Counted from the first letter of the stretch, positions 1 to 7,842 are shown. The stretch is DNA of 64,000 nt from Rhodospirillaceae bacterium (GCA_002721365.1 PBKC01000073.1:27225-91224); one strand, 5' to 3'. Notes: generated by a model not told the origin, from the letters alone. A program made the numbers and translations.

Positions 1-2
1 AT

Positions 3-1313
3 GGGACGGTCGCTGCATGGAACCCCGCCGCGGAGCGTCTGTTCGGCATCACGGCGGATGCGGCCCTGGGTGCCGACCTCCATACCTTGCTCAACGGAGC
101 CGGAGACCGCCTTGGCGATATGATCGCCGCGACAGGTCGGGGCGAGGCCTTCGAGCGGGAGGAAGTCGACCTTTCCCTGGGCAACGGGCGCCAACTCAGC
201 CTCTCGGTCAGTTTGGTTCCAGTCCGTGGCGGGAACGGTGCGCCGGAGAGTATGACCCTCATTGCCCAGGACCTGGCCGGCTACCAGGCCGCTCAGCGGA
301 CCGATGCGCTGTTGGCGGCGGTGGTTTCGTCCTCCGACGATGCCATCGTCAGCAAATCGCTCGAAGGCATTATCACCAGCTGGAATGCCGGTGCCGAAGC
401 CTTGCTGGGTTATACGGCCGAGGAGGTGATCGGCCGCCATATCTCGATGATCGCTCCGCCAGGGCGGAAGGACGAGATGCCGACCATTCTCGCGCGGATC
501 GCCGCCGGCAGCCGGGTCGACCATTTCGACACCCAGCGTCTCCGTAAGGATGGCCACCTCATCGACGTCTCGCTGACCGTATCGCCGATCCGGGACGGGA
601 CCGGACGCATCATCGGCGCGTCGAAGATCGCTCGCGACGTGACCGAGCGGAAGCGGAACGAGGCGCGGACGCGGCTGCTGCTCAGCGAACTCGACCACCG
701 GACCAAGAACATGCTGGCCATCGTGCAAAGCGTTCTGCGCCTGACCCAGGCCGACAACATCCGTGACTTCGTCTCGGTCGTCGAAGGACGGGTGCAGGCG
801 TTGGCCAGGGTTCACACCGAAATCGCGCACCATCGTTGGGATGGTGCCTATCTCGATTCTCTGCTGCGGATGAACGTTACGCGGGGCGTCTACCGGGATG
901 TCGAGATCAAAGGCGGGCCTACGGTTTTCCTTGGCCCGCAGGCAGCGGAAACGATCGGCATCGTTTTCTATGAACTCGCCACCAATGCAGCCCGCCACGG
1001 CGCCATGTCGATGAAGGGCGGCCGGGTCGAGGTCGACTGGGAGTTGACGGAGTCCCGAGACCTTATCCTCCGCTGGTTCGAACATGGCAGTCGCGGGTTG
1101 GATGGGCAGGCCCGGCGGGGGTTCGGCATGCGGGTGATCGAACGGCTGGTCCCCGAACAGATCCAGGGCGGCGCCCAAATCGACTGGATGGCGGATGGCC
1201 TGCAGTGCACGTTCACCATTCCAAGCGCTGCGCTCGCGCCGCCGCCTTCTCAGATACCCCCCGATCGCGAAGAAACCCTGTCGCCATCGCCCGCGCCGAA
1301 GGACTCGGGCTGA
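3..1313 (+). CDS. PAS-domain sensor histidine kinase, HWE/HisKA_2 type (5' end cut by window edge)
   Basis: Frame 3 is open from base 3 (GTVAAWNPAAERLFGI, PAS-like). A second PAS follows (IITSWNAGAEALLGYTAEEVIGRHISMI), then an HWE-type phosphoacceptor box (LLSELDHRTKNMLAIVQSVL) and an ATPase region (YELATNAARHGA). The listed ORF 87..1313 is the same frame. Confidence 0.9.
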   Translation, partial: GTVAAWNPAAERLFGITADAALGADLHTLLNGAGDRLGDMIAATGRGEAFEREEVDLSLGNGRQLSLSVSLVPVRGGNGAPESMTLIAQDLAGYQAAQRTDALLAAVVSSSDDAIVSKSLEGIITSWNAGAEALLGYTAEEVIGRHISMIAPPGRKDEMPTILARIAAGSRVDHFDTQRLRKDGHLIDVSLTVSPIRDGTGRIIGASKIARDVTERKRNEARTRLLLSELDHRTKNMLAIVQSVLRLTQADNIRDFVSVVEGRVQALARVHTEIAHHRWDGAYLDSLLRMNVTRGVYRDVEIKGGPTVFLGPQAAETIGIVFYELATNAARHGAMSMKGGRVEVDWELTESRDLILRWFEHGSRGLDGQARRGFGMRVIERLVPEQIQGGAQIDWMADGLQCTFTIPSAALAPPPSQIPPDREETLSPSPAPKDSG

Positions 1314-1334
1314 CGAGGGCTTCCCGCAGTCTAT

Positions 1335-1380
1335 CGACAAAAACGGCCCCGTCCGTGGAGAAAGGGGCCGTTCTCGTTGT
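1335..1380. terminator. Stem-loop between convergent genes; intrinsic terminator best formed on the minus strand (end of the 5754->1420 cluster)
   Basis: 9-bp stem AACGGCCCC (1342-1350) / GGGGCCGTT (1364-1372). On the minus strand the hairpin is followed directly by TTTGTCG. On the plus strand it is followed by CTCGTTGT. It lies between the stops at 1313 (+) and 1420 (-). Confidence 0.6.
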
Positions 1381-1419
1381 GCCGGCAGAATCAGCCGGTG
1401 CGACGGTTTTGATCTGACC

Positions 1420-2034
1420 TCAGCGGCCGCCGCCGCCTCCACCGCCATGTCGCATCTTTGGGCCGCCGCCCGGACCGCCGGGCATCCGGCGCTGGAACGG
1501 GTCTTCGACACCTTGCTCCGTGGCCCGTTCGCGGACACGCGCGCGAAGCTCGGCCCGGATGCGATCCCGTTCTTCCATCGATTGCGCGTTCCGCATCCGG
1601 TCGCGGAACTGCAATCGTTCGCGCTCGGTCAGCAGATTGCCGCCCGGCATCGGATCGTCGGCGTTCCAGCCTCCCTGGCGCATGCCGGCAGCCGGCATTT
1701 CATCGGGTAGGGCGATGCCCTTTTGGCGGGCCCGTTCCTGCATGAGCCGGTGATGTTCCGTACGGATGCGTTCACGCTCTTCCAGGCTCTCGGCATCCCG
1801 CAGTCTGTCACGAAGCTGTTGGCGCTCCTCGTTGGTCATCATCTCGCTGCCGTAGATCCGATCGCGGTCCTGAATCTGGTCGCGGTCGCGATCCTGCAGG
1901 CGGTCCTGGTCTTGATCCCGGAGACGATCCTGATCCTGCTGGCGGTCGCGATCCTGATCCTGGGCCATGGCCGCCGGGGCGATCGCGGTTAGGGCGACCA
2001 GCGCGATCGCGGCCAACATCGTTGTCTTGCGCAT
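1420..2034 (-). CDS. Secreted repeat protein, ZraP/CpxP/Spy-like (LTXXQ-type helical repeats) with Gly-rich C-terminus
   Basis: ATG at 2034 preceded by GAGGAGA. Signal peptide MRKTTMLAAIALVALTAIAPAAMA. A DQ/DR repeat tract follows. There are two copies of a (M/L)TxEERxQxRDRxRxAxSxEERxRIRxE unit. The protein ends ...KMRHGGGGGGGR. Confidence 0.8.
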   Translation of the reverse strand: MRKTTMLAAIALVALTAIAPAAMAQDQDRDRQQDQDRLRDQDQDRLQDRDRDQIQDRDRIYGSEMMTNEERQQLRDRLRDAESLEERERIRTEHHRLMQERARQKGIALPDEMPAAGMRQGGWNADDPMPGGNLLTERERLQFRDRMRNAQSMEERDRIRAELRARVRERATEQGVEDPFQRRMPGGPGGGPKMRHGGGGGGGR

Positions 2035-2059
2035 CGTTCTCTCCTCGACTGGTGAGGGC

Positions 2060-2998
2060 CTACATCTCGTGGACGGTGTAGATGGCCTCCCGCACTGCTT
2101 CTGCGCCAGCCTGCACCTGATCGACCTGTGCTTCGGTCATCGCCGGCAGACCGAGGATGGCGTTGAGGGCGACGACCGTGTCGTCGGTTACCGGCATCGT
2201 CTTGTCCGATGCCGCACCGAGAAAGATCGCGGCCAGATCCTCGCGCGACGCAGGCGTGACACCCGAAAGCTCAGTGGTGCCGTCGGTGACGACTTCTTTG
2301 TAGAGGGCAAGGTTCTGAAGCGGCGAATCGATCCGGACCAGGTCAGGATGCGCCAACAGATAGGCGGCTGCCTCGGGGGCCGTCATCGAATACCAGTCGG
2401 CGGTATCGCCGTTCCAGCTGCTCAGAGCTTCTCCCAGCGCCTGATCCAGAACATGGGTCGGCGCTCGCGACACGTTCAGGCGGCCGAGCTCGACTTCAGG
2501 AATGCCTTCCTGCGCCCAGGCCGGGCGGCCACCTTGGCGGGTGTCGTCCGCATTGAAGTCCTGTTCTCCGCCGCCGCCGCGCCCGGCATGGCCGGCGCTG
2601 CCGCCCTTGCCGCCGTGATCGCTGCCGTCGGTATGGTCGTGATCCTCTGCTGTGTGATCCTCGCCATCGGCGTGATCTCCACCGCTACCGCCACGACCCT
2701 TGCCGCTGCTGCCATGCTCCGAGCCGTCTTCGTGGTCGTGGGTATCGCCATCGGTATGGTCGTGCGTCGTATCCGCACCCGCGCCGGCCGCATCCAGGTC
2801 ATGGCCTCCACCGCCATGGCCCCCTCCGCCGCCGCCATGACCGCCGCCGCCATGGCCACCGCCACCCCCGGCTCCGCCGCCCTGATGCTGCGCATAGGCG
2901 GTCGCAATACCGAACTCGCCCTGGGCGAGTTGGTTCAGCCCGACCGGAATCGCAGCGAGCGCGACGACGGCCGCTGAAGCCATGAGACGTGTCTTCAT
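2060..2998 (-). CDS. Secreted Gly/His/Asp-rich protein, paralogue A of an unrecognised family
   Basis: ATG at 2998. Signal peptide MKTRLMASAAVVALAAIPV...AYA. Low-complexity region with (G4-6H) repeats and a DH-rich tract (THDHTDGDTHDHEDGSEHG...DHTAEDHDHTDGSDHG). The C-terminal domain shares EVELGRLN, IDSPLQNLALY and FLGAASDK motifs with the 3145..4368 product. Confidence 0.85.
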   Translation of the reverse strand: MKTRLMASAAVVALAAIPVGLNQLAQGEFGIATAYAQHQGGGAGGGGGHGGGGHGGGGGGHGGGGHDLDAAGAGADTTHDHTDGDTHDHEDGSEHGSSGKGRGGSGGDHADGEDHTAEDHDHTDGSDHGGKGGSAGHAGRGGGGEQDFNADDTRQGGRPAWAQEGIPEVELGRLNVSRAPTHVLDQALGEALSSWNGDTADWYSMTAPEAAAYLLAHPDLVRIDSPLQNLALYKEVVTDGTTELSGVTPASREDLAAIFLGAASDKTMPVTDDTVVALNAILGLPAMTEAQVDQVQAGAEAVREAIYTVHEM

Positions 2999-3083
2999 GT
3001 CGAACTCTTCATTTCTTGAAGCCGGCGCGAGCCGCTATCGGTGTCGCGCGGCATGAACCCACCGGGATAGGGCTGGGGACGGG

Positions 3084-3108
3084 GCGGGAGCCGCAATGCG
3101 GCCCCCGC
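3084..3108 (-). other. GC-rich intercistronic stem-loop between paralogue B and paralogue A
   Basis: Plus strand GCGGGAGCCGC-AAT-GCGGCCCCCGC gives an 11-bp stem with one G-U pair on the minus-strand RNA. No U-run follows, so it is not a canonical terminator. It may be an mRNA processing or stability element. Confidence 0.3.
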
Positions 3109-3144
3109 TGATTAAACGCCCGTCTCAGGCCCGAAGGCTTGCCG

Positions 3145-4368
3145 TCAGTGCGAGCCTTCTTCGACAGACGTCGCCGGCACTTCGTACTCGTGGATGTAGT
3201 TCACCACGGCACGGGAGTCGTCCACCGCCTGCGCGAAGCCCGCGGCAGCGGTGGCAGAGACGTCCTCGCCACCGAAGACGGCGTCGAAGATATTGACCTC
3301 GGTCACCGTCCAGGTGCCGTCACCGTCCGGATCGACGAGCACCTCCGCGGTGACGTCGCCATAGGTGCTTTCGCGGTCGTAGCTCACGCTCGTCAGGTCG
3401 ATATAGCTGCCGGTCGACGGATCGTTCACGCCGAGGATGTTGTTGGTGTACATCACCTCATCCAGCGAAAGCGGCGTGTACTTGTCGGCCGCGGCACCCA
3501 ACAGCACCGCAGCGGAGATCAGATCCTCGGCGGTGAGCTGCCCGTCGGTCAGGTTCGAGAACGCGCTGCTGACGACCGGGTTGGTCAGGCCTTCGATCGT
3601 GCCGTCGTCGATCAGGTCGAGGTAGAGGCCCATGTTCTCCAGCGGGGAGTCGATGGTCTTCCACTCGCCGTCGACCAGGACCTCCAGCCGGCCGGCCGCG
3701 TCGGTGCGGACGTCGGTCGCCGCATTCAGCGTGGCAAGGGCCTCGTCCGTCGCCCGCTCGGTGACCATGTCCGGCGCGCGGCCCATGTTCAGACGGCCCA
3801 GTTCGACTTCCTGCGTCAAGGTCTCGTCGACCGGATGGCCTTCCTCGTCGAGCGGAATCAGCGAGCCGTCTTCGGCGATCGGCTGCGGATAGCCGTCGGG
3901 ATCTTCATAAGGCTCCGTCGTGCCGTTGCCGTCACGGTCTTCCCAGACATAAAGGACCGGTTCGCCATTGTCGTTCCGGACGATGACGTAAAGGTCGCCG
4001 TACAGGCTGCCGCGATCGGTCGACGGCTTGCCGCCGCCGCCAGGCTTCTCGGCACCGCGGCCCGCGTGGTCCGGCCGGTCGGAATCGGGATCGGGCGTGC
4101 CCGCGTCGGGGTTGCCGCTACCATGTTCGCCACCGCCGTGACCGCCACCGCCGTGGCCGCCACCGCCGCCGCCGGCACCGCCACCGTGGCCGCCACCGCC
4201 ACCACCTTGGCCCTGGCCACCACCGCCGCCACCGCCGTGGTCCTGCGCGAACGCCTTCGAGACGACGACGTTCACGCCGTCATGAGAAGAAAACCCAACA
4301 GGGGCAACAATGAAAGCCACTGCAGCTGCGCTGGACAGCAGTGTGTTTCGCAAAACAGACTGAGACAT
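3145..4368 (-). CDS. Secreted Gly/His-rich protein, paralogue B (longest; extra DxDxDG-like loops)
   Basis: The listed ORF 3145..4473 is trimmed to the ATG at 4368 (MSQSVLRNTLLSSAAAVAFIVAPV...), which is preceded by GAAGAGG. It contains (G6-7H) repeats and motifs EVELGRLNMGRAP, IDSPLENMGLY and LLGAAADK. The insert and C-terminal extension carry EDRDGNGT and DPDGDGT loops. Confidence 0.85.
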   Translation of the reverse strand: MSQSVLRNTLLSSAAAVAFIVAPVGFSSHDGVNVVVSKAFAQDHGGGGGGGQGQGGGGGGHGGGAGGGGGGHGGGGHGGGEHGSGNPDAGTPDPDSDRPDHAGRGAEKPGGGGKPSTDRGSLYGDLYVIVRNDNGEPVLYVWEDRDGNGTTEPYEDPDGYPQPIAEDGSLIPLDEEGHPVDETLTQEVELGRLNMGRAPDMVTERATDEALATLNAATDVRTDAAGRLEVLVDGEWKTIDSPLENMGLYLDLIDDGTIEGLTNPVVSSAFSNLTDGQLTAEDLISAAVLLGAAADKYTPLSLDEVMYTNNILGVNDPSTGSYIDLTSVSYDRESTYGDVTAEVLVDPDGDGTWTVTEVNIFDAVFGGEDVSATAAAGFAQAVDDSRAVVNYIHEYEVPATSVEEGSH

Positions 4369-4490
4369 TACTGCAACCTCTTCTTTGTATGTGTTTCCCG
4401 CACAATGGCCAGATTTCTGGTTCATCTTATAATTTTGATGAAGGATGTCCTTTATCCAGATTAAACTGGCCAAGATATTCGTGTATTCGG

Positions 4491-4946
4491 TCAGCGACGA
4501 TAGATTTTATTCTCGATGTTCCAGCCGCCGCTGGGGCAAACGAAATCCTCGCCGCCAGCGCCACCACCGGTGATTCCGCTGGTGGTATAGGCGCCGCCGA
4601 CATCGGGTTCGATGACATCGACCCGATCGCCGCCACCCGGGCCGCCGCCCTGTCCGCCACCGGCGCGACCCGGCCCGAAACCGCCACGGCCGCTGCCGTC
4701 CTGGAAGGGGCATGCCGGATTGGCGCCCTTGTGCTGGCCACCGCCATGACCGCCGCCTCCATGGCCGCCGCCGCAACCGCCGCCGCCACAACCACCGCCG
4801 CCGGCGTGATCGCCGTCGTCATGGCCCTGGGCCAAGGCCTGGGCGCCAAAATGAAGTCCTTCTGCAGACTGATGGATGGGCATGGCGAAGACCGCGATGG
4901 TCGCCACGCCGACGAGAAGACTCAGCGCCTTCTTGCGAAAGCTCAT
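4491..4946 (-). CDS. Small secreted Gly/His/Cys-rich protein
   Basis: The listed ORF 4491..5120 is trimmed to the ATG at 4946, preceded by AGGAGA. Signal peptide MSFRKKALSLLVGVATIAVFAMP. Sequence includes GHDDGDHAGGGGCGGGGCGGGHGGGGHGGGQH, then PACPF and FVCPSGGW (4 Cys in total). Confidence 0.75.
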   Translation of the reverse strand: MSFRKKALSLLVGVATIAVFAMPIHQSAEGLHFGAQALAQGHDDGDHAGGGGCGGGGCGGGHGGGGHGGGQHKGANPACPFQDGSGRGGFGPGRAGGGQGGGPGGGDRVDVIEPDVGGAYTTSGITGGGAGGEDFVCPSGGWNIENKIYRR

Positions 4947-4980
4947 ATCCGTGTTCTCCTGTTCGACTGTGGTTGTGCCG

Positions 4981-5754
4981 TCAGCGCCGGCCCGCCTGAA
5001 CGATCCGGGCCTGGTCCGCGATGGCATTCGCCTGCTGCTCGCTCGTGGTGACGCAGAGAACGGTGTTGACCGTGTCGATAACGTCAGTGGAAACCGGGCG
5101 CGTGGCGATGATGCCGACATATGTGCCTGCGGTTGCTGTATCGACCGCGGACTGTTCCAAGGCTTCCTGATAGTTCGCCAGGATGTAGATCGGCGAACGG
5201 AAGCTCTCTGGGCTGAATTCTGGTGCGAGATAGACCTGGGCGATGTTCAGCCGCTCGAGATTTCTGCCGGACAGCCGCCGGTTCGGCGACATCTGAGCCG
5301 GGTCGTAATCGGCGCAACGGTCGCCACGTCCGAGCAGCAGATCCTCGCCGCCGATGCCGCCGCCGACCGACTCGAGGAACGTCGAATCGGATGCGAGGTC
5401 TTCGTCGTCACCGGGAGGGGGCGCCGGTGGCTCGTCGCTCTCGGCGCCGCCGAACCGGTTCTGGTTGACGCCGCCGGGGCCTGTCGAGTTGCCTTGTCCG
5501 CCTGAGTTGTCGCCGGCGCCGGCATTGGTGCCGCCAGCACCGTGGCTGGAACTGCTCGGACCAGCCGTGCCGCTGGTCGCGGTTCCGCCTGATCCTTCCG
5601 TGGCACCTGCCCGGTTCTGGTTATTCTGGGCATAGGCCGGTTTGCCGAGCGCAGAGTAGGTGGCGAAACCGCCTGGATCGTCGGGTAGGGAGGCAAAGCC
5701 GAAAGCCATTACGGCGACTGCTCCCCCCGAGAGCAGTTTGTTCCAGCTCTTCAT
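4981..5754 (-). CDS. Secreted Gly/Ser/Asn-rich protein, divergent paralogue C
   Basis: ATG at 5754 preceded by GAGGAGGAAAA. Signal peptide MKSWNKLLSGGAVAVMAFGFASL. The C-terminal part aligns by eye with paralogues A and B: RNLERLNIAQ vs EVELGRLNVS, PIYILANYQEAL vs SPLQNLALYKEV, and TYVGIIATRPVSTDVIDTVNTVL vs AIFLGAASDKTMPVTDDTVVALNAIL. Confidence 0.8.
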   Translation of the reverse strand: MKSWNKLLSGGAVAVMAFGFASLPDDPGGFATYSALGKPAYAQNNQNRAGATEGSGGTATSGTAGPSSSSHGAGGTNAGAGDNSGGQGNSTGPGGVNQNRFGGAESDEPPAPPPGDDEDLASDSTFLESVGGGIGGEDLLLGRGDRCADYDPAQMSPNRRLSGRNLERLNIAQVYLAPEFSPESFRSPIYILANYQEALEQSAVDTATAGTYVGIIATRPVSTDVIDTVNTVLCVTTSEQQANAIADQARIVQAGRR

Positions 5755-6134
5755 GTTCGGTTTTCCTCCTCTGCGACGTCTTCAGTTACCGTGTTCTGAT
5801 AGGGTAAGAGCGGATTCCCAGAAACAAACTGGATCAAATGGCCGCGTCAAATTTCACAGTCAGAATTTGCGAATGTGCGCATAGAAGCATCTAGCGGTCG
5901 CTCCAAGTGCCTGCGACACGGGAATTCAGGAGCGGGAAACGACGACACAACGTTGGTGCGCCAAGTGGTGCCCGCAGCCGGAAGCATCCCTCCGCAGCCG
6001 CGCACCGCGATAATCGTTAAAGCCAGTCTTGCAGACCGCATGCGCCGCAAGACGCAGCAAAAGTTTAATGCAGTTTCCGATCCGATCGTTCCATCTGCTG
6101 ATGTTTCAAGCGGATATGGAGCGCGCGAGGACTG

Positions 6135-7772
6135 CTAGTATTGAACGCCGAAACGTATAAAGATCTGGTTTCGTACGTAGTCGGCGGCGGAATTTTCCGA
6201 ATCGCGCTTCTGATAGCGGTAGTCGGCGCCGACGAAATAGTTGCTGTTGATCAGATAGCGGATGCCACCGCCAAGGCTGGTCTCACGATCGGTCCGAGTG
6301 CTGCTCTCGAAATCGCTTTCCGCGTAGGAGGCACGGAGGGTCGCGAACAGGTTGCGAATGATCTGATATTCGACTTCCGCTCCATAGGAGCTGAGGACGT
6401 AGCCCGGCGAGCCGATCAACGTGGTTTCCTCGATCGTCCGGTCCGTCCACCCCGAAAGAACGGTCGACGGGATGGGACGCCAGTAGACGCTGCCGCTGAA
6501 GGCCATCTCACTGAAATCTTCCAGCAGAATGTCGTCGTAATCCCGACGCATGTAGCCGACGGCCGCTTCCGCGCTCAACTTGCCGGTGATCCGCGCCGTC
6601 ATGCCGCTCATGACGCGGACGCCCGTCGAGTCACGGTCGAACCCGAAATCGTCGACGGCCGTATCGTAGGTGCGGATGTCGACGGTGCCCTGGACGAAGG
6701 GCTGGATAACGTCGGTAAGGGCGTAGCTCAGCCGGCCACCGACGGAATATCGGGTCCGGTCACGGTCGTCGTTGTTGAAGACGACCGCCGCGGCCGGGGT
6801 GTCGTCGAAATCCAGCCGGTCGACGTCGATGCCGCCCCTGACCGAAATCCCGGCAAAGGCATGGTAGGCACCGAGATAGGCGGTGGTATTCCGGTAGATC
6901 GTTGGTTCCAGCCCGTTGACGTCGTCGGGCGAATCGCGGTCTTCGTGGTCGCGTCCGTAGGCGAGCCCGCCGAAGACCTCGGTATCGTCGTCGATATCGT
7001 ATCGACCTTCACCGCTGAGGTCGTAGTCGATCGAGTTCTCGGAGGAGAAGTCTTCGTAGCGGACGACGTCCGTACCGACCTCGAAATTCAGCGCGTGCTT
7101 GTCCCAATCCGAGTTCAGGTAAAGCGTCGGCGCGAACACGGCGACGCGGTCGATCCTTTCGTTGGTCGGCGTCGCGAAGATGTTGTCGTCCCAGTAACCG
7201 GCGACCAGCAGTTCCGGGTAGAGCACGAACGATCCCACATCGTATCCGAGAGTGCGCTGCCGACGTACCTGCGGGGGCTGCTGCGAATCGCCGAGGGCGC
7301 CCGTCGCGCCGGTGGTGGCCGGTGCGCCTTCCTCAGCCCCTTCGCTGACCCGGGCGGACGGCAGGCTTGGTGGCGGCTCCAGCGCCACAACAGCACTTAC
7401 GGCCCGCGTGGCGGCTTCCGCGACCGCCGCCCGGACCGCCGGCGGTGCCGCATCCGCGATGCGGGCGACGATGGACCGATAGACGGGAAGGTTGTTGCCG
7501 CGGAACGTCAGGACCGGCCGCGCGGCGGCATCCGCCAAGGAAGCGGCGCTATCGGGGGTGCCGACAAGCGCCGGATTGGCGGAGATCGCTGCATCCAACG
7601 CGTTCAGCAGGGCTGCGGGGCCTTCGCTCGCCGCATCCGACAACTGGGTCGCGACCGATTCCGAAACAGGGGCGGCCATGACCGGCAGGGCGCCCACTAG
7701 TCCCAGAGAAAGGATCGCTGCTCCAAATGTCGATATTGCCCGCGCTTTAGTCGTTCCGATGCTCGATCCCAC
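6135..7772 (-). CDS. Outer-membrane beta-barrel protein (BBP2/DUF2320-like)
   Basis: GTG start at 7772 with AAGGTGG upstream. Signal peptide ...AILSLGLVGALPVMAAP, followed by an Ala-rich linker. Alternating-residue beta-strand pattern from YDVGSFVLYPELLVAGYWDDNIFAT onward. C-terminus ...IFIRFGVQY is an aromatic terminal residue typical of OMPs. Confidence 0.85.
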   Translation of the reverse strand: MGSSIGTTKARAISTFGAAILSLGLVGALPVMAAPVSESVATQLSDAASEGPAALLNALDAAISANPALVGTPDSAASLADAAARPVLTFRGNNLPVYRSIVARIADAAPPAVRAAVAEAATRAVSAVVALEPPPSLPSARVSEGAEEGAPATTGATGALGDSQQPPQVRRQRTLGYDVGSFVLYPELLVAGYWDDNIFATPTNERIDRVAVFAPTLYLNSDWDKHALNFEVGTDVVRYEDFSSENSIDYDLSGEGRYDIDDDTEVFGGLAYGRDHEDRDSPDDVNGLEPTIYRNTTAYLGAYHAFAGISVRGGIDVDRLDFDDTPAAAVVFNNDDRDRTRYSVGGRLSYALTDVIQPFVQGTVDIRTYDTAVDDFGFDRDSTGVRVMSGMTARITGKLSAEAAVGYMRRDYDDILLEDFSEMAFSGSVYWRPIPSTVLSGWTDRTIEETTLIGSPGYVLSSYGAEVEYQIIRNLFATLRASYAESDFESSTRTDRETSLGGGIRYLINSNYFVGADYRYQKRDSENSAADYVRNQIFIRFGVQY

Positions 7773-7842
7773 CGGTGCAGGCCCCCACCTTCATTCTCGT
7801 TCGATAGCCGAGGCAACTGGCTATCTTTATCCAATTGCAGCG

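Noticed and set aside
1850-1970. Cluster of eight GATC sites and hexamer-like repeats
   Set aside because: The pattern is fully explained by the Asp-Gln/Asp-Arg codon repeats (CAG GAT CGC GAC ...) of the DQ/DR tract in the 1420-2034 gene. There is no evidence for a Dam-type regulatory role, and Alphaproteobacteria typically use CcrM (GANTC).
1967-2977. 336-aa plus-strand ORF antisense to paralogue A
   Set aside because: The reasoning is the same. It is Ala/Gly/Arg low-complexity mirror sequence of the Gly/His tract, with no start context.
3139-4464. 441-aa plus-strand ORF almost exactly coextensive with the 3145-4473 minus-strand ORF
   Set aside because: Its composition is Arg/Val/Ala/Asp-rich mirror sequence typical of the antisense frame of an acidic, Gly-rich high-GC gene. 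It has no RBS or signal peptide and shares no motifs with anything. The minus-strand product has a signal peptide, an RBS at 4368 and clear paralogy to the neighbouring gene.
2564-4826. Repetitive GGC/GCC/CAC DNA considered as a possible tandem repeat array or CRISPR-like structure
   Set aside because: There is no repeat-spacer periodicity. The repeats are in-frame Gly/His codon low complexity inside ORFs that have signal peptides.
6141-7700. 519-aa plus-strand ORF covering the OMP gene
   Set aside because: It is Arg/Gly/Asp/Val-rich antisense-type sequence. The minus-strand product has a signal peptide, beta-strand periodicity and a terminal aromatic residue.
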